Below the pieces are notes generated by a model. That model made no database searches and had not been told where the DNA came from. It was given only the letters and a program-made list of their open reading frames with translations. 58,014 bases of DNA. Source: Bdellovibrionales bacterium (GTDB lineage Bacteria; Bdellovibrionota; UBA1018; CAIMNF01). Made by a program: the position numbers and the translations under genes. Below are positions 9,574-18,515 of the stretch, in pieces (position 1 is the stretch's first letter; every line of letters begins with the position of its first letter). Location: assembly GCA_040380025.1 (NCBI GenBank), contig JBEIJY010000013.1, forward strand, positions 1-58,014, in the 5' to 3' direction.

Positions 9574-10057
9574 GGGTGTATGAAGCCCCCTGTCCGGGGC
9601 TCTCCTCGATCAATACGGTCATCGAGAGCGGCGGACATGCCGCGAACACCGGCCGAAGGGCGGCCGACAGGCGCTCAAAGTAACAACGCGCAAGCTCCTC
9701 GCAAGTCACATTCGTGATCTCCAGAAGCACCACCTCATCCGACGGAAGAACATAGCGTTTTCCGCAGAGACGGAATTCGATCTCGGATTCGCTCCGGGAG
9801 ATCTCCCGATAAAAGGGGTTTTTGACGGCGATCAGGGTCTTCTCATCCCACTCGCGGGCAATCCCCCGCATTCCCTCTTTCAGCTCCGAAAAAGGAATCA
9901 TGTTCTCGAACGAGGCATCCCGGAACCGCACAAGGATTGTCGGCTGATATTGATGCCCGTGCAAGGCCTCCTTGGAGCCGTCCGGAAAAACGGTCATATG
10001 GCTGGAAGCGAACTTGAGCGCCTCTTTTCTGATGCGGACCTCGTAAAGGTGGGGCAT
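9557..10057 (-). CDS. PTPS/QueD-family protein, ExxHGH (PTPS-III-like)
   Basis: FASSHM...KEALHGHQY, NVTCEELA, IEESPGQGASY. Confidence 0.8.
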   Translation of the reverse strand: MPHLYEVRIRKEALKFASSHMTVFPDGSKEALHGHQYQPTILVRFRDASFENMIPFSELKEGMRGIAREWDEKTLIAVKNPFYREISRSESEIEFRLCGKRYVLPSDEVVLLEITNVTCEELARCYFERLSAALRPVFAACPPLSMTVLIEESPGQGASYTHENNC

Positions 10058-10081
10058 AAACGGATCATACCAGAGGTGGGC

Positions 10082-10831
10082 ATGAATTCACACCCGATCG
10101 TTGACTCCGTGATTCTTGTGACCGGCGCCGGAAAAGGCATCGGAAGGGCGTTTGTGGAGGAGGTTTTCCGGCTCGATCCCGCACGCCGGAAAGACCTGAA
10201 GCTGTTTTTGACCTCGCGGACCGCATCCGACCTCGAAGAGCTCCGAAAAGAGGCCGAAACCCTTTCCATTTCGGTTGAAGTTCTGGCTGTCGACCTCGCG
10301 GACGATGCGGTTCTGCCGGTCACCCGGTGCCTGGAGTGCTTCGGGCGAATCGATATTCTCGTCCATTCCGCCGGAGTGGGCCGGTTCGGTGATCTTCATG
10401 AGCTCACCTGGGAGGATCTGGAGTTCACGAGCCGTACGAACATCCATGCGACGTTTTTACTTTTGCAAAAAACCTATCTGCAGATGAAATCCCAGACACC
10501 CCGGGATGGCCTGCGCGGCCAGATCCAGGTGGTCACCTCGATTGCGGCCGAGATGCCCTTCGAGCAAAGCGCGATTTACTGCATGACCAAATATGCCCAG
10601 CGCGGACTCCTCGATGTACTGAAGCTCCACGGAAGAAAAGACCGGATCCGGATTCTCGAAGTGAAGCCGGGCGCCACCTTCACACCGATGTGGGGAGAGG
10701 TCGAACAAGCCCAACGCGCGCGCATGATGGAAGCCGCCGATATCGCAGGACCGATGGTGGATGCCTTGTTCGCCTCATCCCGGAGCTCGGTCGAATCGAT
10801 CACGATCCGCCCGGTTCAAGGCGATCTTTGA
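10082..10831 (+). CDS. SDR oxidoreductase, sepiapterin-reductase-like
   Basis: TGAGKGIG, SAGVGRFG, YCMTK, PGATFTPMWG, ITIRPVQGDL; by recollection very similar to the Chlorobium-type sepiapterin reductase. Confidence 0.8.
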   Translation: MNSHPIVDSVILVTGAGKGIGRAFVEEVFRLDPARRKDLKLFLTSRTASDLEELRKEAETLSISVEVLAVDLADDAVLPVTRCLECFGRIDILVHSAGVGRFGDLHELTWEDLEFTSRTNIHATFLLLQKTYLQMKSQTPRDGLRGQIQVVTSIAAEMPFEQSAIYCMTKYAQRGLLDVLKLHGRKDRIRILEVKPGATFTPMWGEVEQAQRARMMEAADIAGPMVDALFASSRSSVESITIRPVQGDL

Positions 10832-10835
10832 GCGA

Positions 10836-12299
10836 TCACGACTGAAGACAGGCTTCGAGCCTTGCCTCGATCACGGACCACGGAAGCAAAGGCAAAAGAT
10901 CAAACAGCCCGATCGAGGACTGCGGATGGCCGGTGACGAAAAGACGCATCGGCTGGGTCAGATCTCCGAGCTTGATCGAGTGCTTCTCGCAGGTTTCGCG
11001 CAGAATCGCATCGATTCCGGCATGATCAACCCCCGCATCCGCAAGCCGTTTGACAGAACTTCGAGCGACCTTCGCCGCAAGTCCGGCCCGGACACTCGCG
11101 ATCGCTTCTTTGATTCCGGCTTTCTGGGCCGGATCGCGGTTCCATTTCAGCCCCGAGGAGTCAACCGCCCGGACCGCGGGATCGAGCAGAGGATCAAGTT
11201 GGGATGCGAGTTCTTTCAAGAGCTTCACTTTGGGTTGCAGGTGGGGAATCAGGGCAAGCGGAAGCTCGCCATCAAGCACCGCAAAAGATCCGGCCGAGAA
11301 TGCCCCTGCGAAATCGGATTTCAGAATTTCGACCAAGCGTGCGGGATCGGCTTTTTTGATGTGCTCGCCCGCGATCCACAACAGTTTCTCGGTGTTGAAC
11401 ACCGCTCCACTCACCTGCACGTCCTCGAGTTTGAAGAGCGCGATCATCTCTTCGCGCGAGAAAACCTCCTGATCGCCGTGGCTCCAGCCGAGCCGCACCA
11501 GAAAATTCAACAGCGCTTCGGGAAGATAGCCCTCCGTCCGATACGCATTGGTCGAAGTTTCGCCGTTCCGTTTCGAGAGTTTCTTTTTGTCCTGCCCGAG
11601 GATCATCGGCAGATGGGCAAAAACGGGCTTCACCGCGCCAAGCGCATCATACAGGAAGATCTGTTTCGGGGTGTTGTTGATGTGATCGTCACCACGGATC
11701 ACGTGGCTGATCCGCATCTCGATGTCATCCACCACGACCACAAAATTGTAGGTGGGCACGCCGTTCGAGCGGATCATCACGAAATCATCGAGATCCTCGT
11801 TCGGAAACGAGATCTCCCCCCGGATCAGATCCGTGAACGAAGTGGTGCCGGTGAGCGGAAACTTCGCACGGATGGCGTGAGACCTTCCCGCAGGCGCCTC
11901 GTTTTTGTCTCGACAAGTGCGCGCGTACATGGGCTTTTTTCCGTCTTTGATCATTTGCTCGCGTCCGGCCTCGACTTCGGCTTCGGTGCAGTAGCAGCGG
12001 TAGGCAAGCCCCTTTGCGATCAGGCCTTCGGCGACCTTTTGATACAGGTCGAGGCGCTTGGACTGATACAAGATCTCCTCATCGGCCGTCATTCCGAGCC
12101 AGGCAAGCGAGGTGAGGATGTCGTCGGTGAATCGGGGTTCGGAGCGTTCGGTGTCGGTGTCTTCGATGCGAAGAAGAAACTTGCCCCCCTGCTGGCGAGC
12201 ATAGAGGTAATTGAACAAGGCAGTGCGGACACCGCCGATGTGCAAAAAGCCCGTCGGCGAGGGCGCAAAACGAACGCGGACTTCGGATGCGGATTTCAT
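10836..12299 (-). CDS. gltX: Glutamate--tRNA ligase
   Basis: RFAPSPTGFLHIGG, LRIEDTD, KLSKR. Confidence 0.95.
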   Translation of the reverse strand: MKSASEVRVRFAPSPTGFLHIGGVRTALFNYLYARQQGGKFLLRIEDTDTERSEPRFTDDILTSLAWLGMTADEEILYQSKRLDLYQKVAEGLIAKGLAYRCYCTEAEVEAGREQMIKDGKKPMYARTCRDKNEAPAGRSHAIRAKFPLTGTTSFTDLIRGEISFPNEDLDDFVMIRSNGVPTYNFVVVVDDIEMRISHVIRGDDHINNTPKQIFLYDALGAVKPVFAHLPMILGQDKKKLSKRNGETSTNAYRTEGYLPEALLNFLVRLGWSHGDQEVFSREEMIALFKLEDVQVSGAVFNTEKLLWIAGEHIKKADPARLVEILKSDFAGAFSAGSFAVLDGELPLALIPHLQPKVKLLKELASQLDPLLDPAVRAVDSSGLKWNRDPAQKAGIKEAIASVRAGLAAKVARSSVKRLADAGVDHAGIDAILRETCEKHSIKLGDLTQPMRLFVTGHPQSSIGLFDLLPLLPWSVIEARLEACLQS

Positions 12300-12985
12300 C
12301 TCGAGGAGTTTACACTAATTTTTCCGGAAGCCAAAGCCTCGCGATATGCAACCAGACCGCGAAGAGCGCGGGCATCGAGCACGATCCCGCCCGTGGGGCG
12401 ATGGTTCTTCGAAAAGTCCCTGAGGTAGGACTCATTCAAAAGCGTTGCTTCGAGCTTCGGTGTTTCGCGGAGACTGTGGCAGGCCATGCAGCTCTGGGTG
12501 AAGAGCTTTTCGCCCCGGGAAGCGGCCGGGTTTGTCCGGACCTGGAGGCGGGTTCCCGGGTACAACGTGGAAGCACGGGAGAGTTCGATCTTCCGAATGT
12601 CTTCCACTGCAAAAAATCCGGAAGGAATCAGGGGCGGAGCCTCACTCGCACGGGACTGGAGCTTTCCACCCTGCCCTAGCCGGAGCTTCAGGCTTCCCTT
12701 CCAGATCATGAACCGGGGAATGCGCGCAACCTTTCCGTCGCTCCCGTGCAAGGTGATGAGATCGATCTCGGCCCGCGCATTCAAATCAAGATTCCGCGTG
12801 GACTCCTCGAAAACAAGCCCCTCTGCCGGAATCATGCCTCCTCGGGAGAGCTTTTTGAGACCATCGACGGTCCAGCTTTTCAGCACGCGCGGCCCCTCGG
12901 GTGTCAACAGACTGACTTCCAGAGCCTGTGCGAAAGAAGAAAGCGGCAATAAAGCCCAAAAAAGCAGGAATTTCATGGATATCAT
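12296..12985 (-). CDS. Exported c-type cytochrome domain protein
   Basis: Signal peptide and C-terminal RGEKLFTQSCMACH heme motif. Confidence 0.7.
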   Translation of the reverse strand: MISMKFLLFWALLPLSSFAQALEVSLLTPEGPRVLKSWTVDGLKKLSRGGMIPAEGLVFEESTRNLDLNARAEIDLITLHGSDGKVARIPRFMIWKGSLKLRLGQGGKLQSRASEAPPLIPSGFFAVEDIRKIELSRASTLYPGTRLQVRTNPAASRGEKLFTQSCMACHSLRETPKLEATLLNESYLRDFSKNHRPTGGIVLDARALRGLVAYREALASGKISVNSSR

Positions 12986-13046
12986 GACAACAATCTAATG
13001 ACTTGCTGTCAAGCTGTGGTTTAATGGAAGCAAGGAGTCCGAAGGA

Positions 13047-13823
13047 TTGGACATACACGCGACACGAACCCTGACCCGGATCAGTCACTCCCTCTGGGGT
13101 GATTTTGAAAAATCCCTTCCCATCAGCGAAGACATTCTGACGAGTGTCGGCCTTCTCAGGCTCGACGAGGATTCCACCATGGAGCGCGCGCTGAAGATGC
13201 TGATCGAGCGCGCCGAGCGCTCCCCTCCCAAAACATTTCTGCTCCAGCATCCTTTTTTCAGGCTTGCGCCCATCGAACGGTTTTTGATGACCGCGCTTCA
13301 TCTCGAACGATGGAGCTATGCGCGGATCGCCCGGGTCCTCGGGATCGATTCCCGCCTGATCGCCCCATGGGCGTGGGCGACCCGCATGAAGTTCTGCTTT
13401 CAAGAAATGTCCGATCCGGTGGAGTACCCTCGGGGACCCACCTCTCTCGGCCGGAGCTGTCCGGAATACAAGGTCACAGAGCCTTGGACACAATCTTTTT
13501 TGGATGAGGAACTCGAGGGTCGCGAGCGGTTGTTTTTGCAGAACCACCTGATGGCTTGCGACCAGTGCCGCAGGAGTCTTGATCTTTCCCGCAAGATGAT
13601 CTTCAGGATCGAATCGATGATTCCGGTCCGCGAGGCCGACCGGGATGCGGAAATCGCAGCCGAGCGACTCCTAAAGACCTGGAAAGCGGGAGAATCCGCA
13701 TTCGATCCCTCCAAAACCACGTTCCGCCAGAGCCTGATCCCGCTCTATCAAAAAAAGCGGGTCCGGATTGCGCTTGCGATCGCATTCGGGACCCTTGCTC
13801 TTTTGCTGAAGAATCTTCTTTAG
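13047..13823 (+). CDS. Sigma-70 region-4-like HTH fused to zf-HC2 (ZAS) anti-sigma domain and C-terminal TM
   Basis: RLAPIERFLM...WSYARIARVLGI; FLDEEL...HLMACDQC; hydrophobic C-terminus; start codon uncertain (TTG). Confidence 0.65.
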   Translation: MDIHATRTLTRISHSLWGDFEKSLPISEDILTSVGLLRLDEDSTMERALKMLIERAERSPPKTFLLQHPFFRLAPIERFLMTALHLERWSYARIARVLGIDSRLIAPWAWATRMKFCFQEMSDPVEYPRGPTSLGRSCPEYKVTEPWTQSFLDEELEGRERLFLQNHLMACDQCRRSLDLSRKMIFRIESMIPVREADRDAEIAAERLLKTWKAGESAFDPSKTTFRQSLIPLYQKKRVRIALAIAFGTLALLLKNLL

Positions 13824-14608
13824 CGACGGTGGTTCGCGAAATACGCCTTGCCGTTCGAAAGATCGAAGATCGCCCCGTCGGCATCCAGCCGGAACGAGAC
13901 CGTTTCAGAAGTGCGGCGAAGGAAGCTTCCGTAATTCAGGATCACATCGAGCGAGATCGCGGCGAAGGGATCCTTCTCGGTTCCGAGGTTCTGGATCGCT
14001 GTCTCCCGAACCTGCACGTTCACGTTGAATCCCCAAAGCACATCGACGAAGCGCGGGATCACGCGGGCGGATGCGATGTAGCGCCCGTTCTTTTTCACGC
14101 TTCCGCCGTAGATCAGACGCACATCATAGCGGATGTCCATGACGGTGATGCCATAGTAATTCTTGAACTGCATTCCGTACTCGACCCCATGCTCGGGCTT
14201 CCAGCCGGTCAAGGATTCCCAGCGGTCCTTTGCGACATTCGGAAGCGCCTTCACATTGTTCGACTCGACATTCACGACCGCTTGTCCTTCGCGCACGACA
14301 TCCCAGGCTTTCAGAAGCACATCCGCGATCGCGAGCGGATTCGAGCCCTCGGCTCCGGCGGGCGGCTGAGGGTTGTCTTTGAAGGTGGCCTGGAATTCCA
14401 CCCTCGCCTTCTCGAGCGAATTCTTGTCGAGTTTGCGATCCGCGCTTTTTTTGGCCGTGATCGTGATCGAGGCAATCTCATGGAACGGATCCACCTCCTC
14501 GGTCGCAGGAGGACTCAGATGGATCTCCTTCACGAGCTGGGCATGCACGGACGAGGAAGAGAAAACAGAAACGAGCAGAAAAAAAACAGAAACAGAATGA
14601 TGCTTCAC
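13820..14608 (-). CDS. Secreted hypothetical protein
   Basis: GGAGG SD, GTG start, signal peptide ending VHA, beta-rich C-terminal domain. Confidence 0.7.
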   Translation of the reverse strand: MKHHSVSVFFLLVSVFSSSSVHAQLVKEIHLSPPATEEVDPFHEIASITITAKKSADRKLDKNSLEKARVEFQATFKDNPQPPAGAEGSNPLAIADVLLKAWDVVREGQAVVNVESNNVKALPNVAKDRWESLTGWKPEHGVEYGMQFKNYYGITVMDIRYDVRLIYGGSVKKNGRYIASARVIPRFVDVLWGFNVNVQVRETAIQNLGTEKDPFAAISLDVILNYGSFLRRTSETVSFRLDADGAIFDLSNGKAYFANHRR

Positions 14609-14720
14609 GGAACCTCCCTTTGCGCTGGAAATCAATTACCATAGTTTATCAATTCAGCAAGAGAAAATGACGCTTGACGAGAAAATCCCCGATCGTTACC
14701 TTCCTGAGACCACTCTGTGT

Positions 14721-14795
14721 TGGCTCGTAGCTCAGTGGTAGAGCACTACCTTGACATGGTAGGGGTCGCTGGTTCGATCCCAGTCGAGCCAACCA
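14721..14795 (+). tRNA. tRNA-Val(GAC)
   Basis: TGGCTCG/CGAGCCA acceptor + ACCA, CTACC-TTGACAT-GGTAG anticodon arm. Confidence 0.95.
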
Positions 14796-15050
14796 AATTC
14801 TTTTTTCACCCTCCGCTTCAAAAAATCAACGTTTCGCGCCAAATCCCGGTCTTTTTTTCATGCACTCCGGCAAGTCGAGGAATTGATTTCCGTTTTCCCG
14901 CCCCCCCGGGATTTCGCCTGCTCTTAGATTCCGCGTCGCAATTGTTGAATTGTTTTTGTCTTTGGAACGGGAAAGTTTTTCCCATTACCCTCCCGAAAAG
15001 CCCCGCAAAAGGATTGCGGGACACCACACCACTCAACGGAAGAGGGCATC

Positions 15051-15788
15051 ATGAAATCAAATCCTGTCTCGACCCCAGTCTCAACCCTGCTCACATCCAC
15101 CTTGATTTGCGCATCGACATTGCTCGGCGCATGCAAAATCCCGCCAGGTCTTCTTGACCCGAAGCTGGGCGCATTTCCGGTTGCCGGAGGTCAGCCGTCC
15201 CCTTCTCCCGGCGGATCCGGCGGTGAAGGTGCGACTCCCGCGCGCTCTTGCCAGAGTGACGATCCCGAGTACCAGTGCCTCGGACTCAAAATGGTCTCGT
15301 ACGACGACAGCCAGGGAAACACCGTTCTGAGCGGGGAAGAAGCGCAGACCCTGACCGCGGAACTGAATGTGGTGTGGTCGCCGTGCAAGATCGGATTCCA
15401 GCTCGAGCAGTACGAGCGGGCGAATCCGACTGAATTCGGTCTGAGCATGAATCCGAACTGGCGCTCGGAGGGGTCAAGAATCCGATCCGCATTTGACGAC
15501 AAACAAACCATGCTCGTCGTGAGCGTCGGCGAATTCGCAGCCTCGACCATCGCCGTGACCCAGATGCCGGGATCCGGTCCGCACGGGACACTCGTGGAAT
15601 CGCGATATGCGAGAAACCAACTGACGGTGGGGCATGAACTCGGTCACTACATGGGTCTCTACCACATCCGCAACACTTCGAACCTGATGAATCCCTACAT
15701 CGGACCGCACACCGAACTTTTGAGCGAAAGTCAATGTTCGATCGCACGCGCGACGAACCTCCGGTACTGGACACAAATGATGCGATAA
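15051..15788 (+). CDS. Lipoprotein metzincin metallopeptidase
   Basis: Lipobox LLGAC, HELGHYMGLYH (HExxHxxGxxH), Met-turn NLM. Confidence 0.8.
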   Translation: MKSNPVSTPVSTLLTSTLICASTLLGACKIPPGLLDPKLGAFPVAGGQPSPSPGGSGGEGATPARSCQSDDPEYQCLGLKMVSYDDSQGNTVLSGEEAQTLTAELNVVWSPCKIGFQLEQYERANPTEFGLSMNPNWRSEGSRIRSAFDDKQTMLVVSVGEFAASTIAVTQMPGSGPHGTLVESRYARNQLTVGHELGHYMGLYHIRNTSNLMNPYIGPHTELLSESQCSIARATNLRYWTQMMR

Positions 15789-15796
15789 CAGGGCAA

Positions 15797-15832
15797 AAAA
15801 GGCCGTGGCGAAATTTCTCGCAACGGCCTTTT
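15797..15832. terminator. Intrinsic terminator hairpin
   Basis: AAAAGGCCGT...ACGGCCTTTT inverted repeat after the peptidase stop. Confidence 0.7.
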
Positions 15833-15907
15833 GGTTTCAGGTAAAATATCAGTGTGGGGCCGAAGGATCGCGCTCCGAATTCAACCGGAATCCAGAAGGA
15901 GTAATCC

Positions 15908-16225
15908 ATGAATCTCAAAATCAGCTACAAACACCTGCAGTCCACCGCTGGAATCGACGACATCACCCGGAGGAAATCCGAAAAACTGAAAAAATATTTC
16001 GAGGGGAAACTGAACCTCGATTGGAACTTCACGGTCGAAAAGCACCTGCACATCGCCCACTGCCACCTGACCGGGGACCATATCGAATTTTTCGCCGAGG
16101 CCACGACCGACAACCTTTATTCGGCGATCGACGAGGTGATCCGGCATCTTGAGCGTCAGGTGAGAAAAAACAAGGAACAGGTGAAGAACAAAAAAGGATC
16201 GTTGAAGGAGCCCGACGCGGCCTGA
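15908..16225 (+). CDS. hpf: Ribosome hibernation factor HPF/RaiA
   Basis: MNLKISYKHL...NLYSAIDEVIRHLERQVRK. Confidence 0.88.
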   Translation: MNLKISYKHLQSTAGIDDITRRKSEKLKKYFEGKLNLDWNFTVEKHLHIAHCHLTGDHIEFFAEATTDNLYSAIDEVIRHLERQVRKNKEQVKNKKGSLKEPDAA

Positions 16226-16237
16226 GGAATTTCTTCC

Positions 16238-16666
16238 TCAGTGAATTGATCCAAGCGTCTTCAGTGTCGACAGAACCGCGAGAGCGGCCTCGCGCCCTTT
16301 GTTCTCGGGATCATCCGAGGAGCGGGCGCGGGCCTGCTCTTCGGTGTAAGTGGTGAGGATTCCAAACGAGATCGGAACTCCGGTCTCGAGGCTCGCGAGC
16401 TGAATCCCCAGCGCGGCGCCGAGGCTGATGAACTCGAAGTGCGCCGTATCCCCCTTGATCACACACCCGAGGCAGACGACTCCGTCGTACTTACGGGACT
16501 CAACCAGCTTTTTTGCGATGAGCGGAATCTCAAACGCACCCGGCGCTGAAAACTCCGTGATCTCGCGCACTCCGTGTTCGCGGAGCGCCTGGATCGCTCC
16601 GGCGCGGAGACCTTGGGTCACGGTTTCATTGAACTCGCTGCGGACAATCGCGATTCTTGGATTCAT
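16238..16666 (-). CDS. ribH: 6,7-dimethyl-8-ribityllumazine synthase
   Basis: PGAFEIP, LGCVIKGDTAHFEFI, NKGREAA. Confidence 0.95.
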   Translation of the reverse strand: MNPRIAIVRSEFNETVTQGLRAGAIQALREHGVREITEFSAPGAFEIPLIAKKLVESRKYDGVVCLGCVIKGDTAHFEFISLGAALGIQLASLETGVPISFGILTTYTEEQARARSSDDPENKGREAALAVLSTLKTLGSIH

Positions 16667-17913
16667 AGATTTTTCAGCTCGTGACGGAAGCGGGAGCGCT
16701 TGGTCCGGAGATACTCCTGATTGTGGGGCGTGACCTCGGCCTCGACCGGAACACGCTCCTCGACTTCAATTCCGAAGTTCCGGATCTCGGCAAGTTTCGC
16801 AGGATTATTGGTCAAAAGCCGGATCCGTTCTGCACCCTTCAGAAGCAGGATCTTCGCGGCATCCTGATACTGGCGCTCATCCGCGCGGAACCCGAGAGCG
16901 AGATTCGCATCCCAGGTGTCGTGTCCGCGGTCTTGAAGCGCGTAGGCCTCGATTTTGTTCCAGAGACCAATGCCCCTGCCTTCTTGGTTTTTCAGGTACA
17001 CCACCGCACCGCCCGAGGGAGACTCCGCGATCATGCGCAGGGAGCTTTGAAGCTGGGTTCCGCAATCACAACGGGAGGACCCGAGCGCATCTCCGGTCAG
17101 ACACTCGGAGTGAATCCGCACCAAGGGCGCATCGCTTTGATTCCGGGCCGGATTCTGACTGGGGTTCTGGCCGAAATTCTCGGTGAACAAAAGTACGTGT
17201 TCGGCGCCGGTCAGGCGGTTCCGGAATCCTTGGATTTTCCACTCGTGTCCGATGGATCCCTGGAAGCGATTCGGAAACCGCGCCGGTGCGCTTTCGGCGA
17301 GCCAGTCGGCATGCCGGACCTGATGCCGGACCAGATCCTCGATCGTCACGATGGGAATGCCGTATTTGCGCGAAAACTCTTCGAGGTCGGGCTTTCTTGC
17401 CATCGATCCGTCCTCATTGATGATCTCGCAGATCACCGCCGCAGGACGAAGCCCCGCAAGCTTGCAGAGCTCGATCGATCCCTCGGTGTGCCCCTCGCGT
17501 TCGAGCACGCCTCCCGGCGCGGCACGAAGCGGAAACACGTGTCCGGGTGCGACGAGATCCTTGCGGGTCGAGTTCGGATCGGCCGCAACCTGAATGGTGT
17601 GGGCCCGGTCGGCAGCAGAGATCCCGGTCGAAACTCCATGCGCGGCTTCGACCGAAACCGTGAATGCGGTTTTTCGGGGACTCTCGTTTGCGGGCACCAT
17701 GGGAGGAAGCCCCAAGCGGTCAACCTGCTCGGACTCGAGCGCAAGGCAGACGAGACCGCAGGCCTTCCGGATCAAAAAGTTGATTTTCTCGGCAGTGGCG
17801 AATTCGGCCGCCAGAACCAGGTCTCCCTCGTTCTCCCGATCCTCACTGTCCACCAGGATGACCATCTCACCCTGTTTCAGGGCGTTCACGGCCGCCAAAA
17901 GTCGTTCATTCAT
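16663..17913 (-). CDS. ribBA: Bifunctional DHBP synthase / GTP cyclohydrolase II
   Basis: DSEDRENEGDL, RIHSECLTGD...RCDCG, EGRGIGL. Confidence 0.95.
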   Translation of the reverse strand: MNERLLAAVNALKQGEMVILVDSEDRENEGDLVLAAEFATAEKINFLIRKACGLVCLALESEQVDRLGLPPMVPANESPRKTAFTVSVEAAHGVSTGISAADRAHTIQVAADPNSTRKDLVAPGHVFPLRAAPGGVLEREGHTEGSIELCKLAGLRPAAVICEIINEDGSMARKPDLEEFSRKYGIPIVTIEDLVRHQVRHADWLAESAPARFPNRFQGSIGHEWKIQGFRNRLTGAEHVLLFTENFGQNPSQNPARNQSDAPLVRIHSECLTGDALGSSRCDCGTQLQSSLRMIAESPSGGAVVYLKNQEGRGIGLWNKIEAYALQDRGHDTWDANLALGFRADERQYQDAAKILLLKGAERIRLLTNNPAKLAEIRNFGIEVEERVPVEAEVTPHNQEYLRTKRSRFRHELKNL

Positions 17914-18515
17914 GATTTCAGTCTTTCGATGTATTTGGCCAGAATATCTACCTCAAAATTGACCAAATCACCACGATATAAATCAGAAAGCGCCGTTTCC
18001 GCCCAAGTGTGGGGGATGATCTGAAACCAGAGGAGTTGATTTTCGATTTTGTGGATGGTGAGGGAAATCCCGTCCAGAGTGAAAGAACCCTTGGGAACGC
18101 AGTACCGGAGAAACGAAGGCTCCGGGAGCTCGATGGCGATCTCGTAACACCCGCCTTCCATCGGAAGCACTTCTGCGACTTTCGCCGTGCCGTCGACGTG
18201 CCCCTGCACCCAATGCCCTGAGAGGCGGTCTCCGAGCCTCATTGCGCGCTCGAGATTCACCCTGCTTCCGGTTTTGAGCCGCGAAAGCGCCGTCACCCGG
18301 ACGGTCTCGGGGGCGAGATCAAAACAAAGATGCTCCCCGGTCACGCGGGTCACGGTGAGGCAAACACCGTTGTTCGCGATGCTTTCGCCAAGAACAATCG
18401 GGGACTCGGACGGATCAACCGCAAAAGGATTGGTGATCTCGAGTGCAAGCCCCTGATCGGGCTTTTGCCCGAGCGCGCGCACGGTGCCTGTTTTTTGAAT
18501 GATGCCTGTGAACAT
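17910..18515 (-). CDS. ribE: Riboflavin synthase
   Basis: MFTGII N-terminus, NGVCLTV, GHWVQGHVDG. Confidence 0.95.
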   Translation of the reverse strand: MFTGIIQKTGTVRALGQKPDQGLALEITNPFAVDPSESPIVLGESIANNGVCLTVTRVTGEHLCFDLAPETVRVTALSRLKTGSRVNLERAMRLGDRLSGHWVQGHVDGTAKVAEVLPMEGGCYEIAIELPEPSFLRYCVPKGSFTLDGISLTIHKIENQLLWFQIIPHTWAETALSDLYRGDLVNFEVDILAKYIERLKS

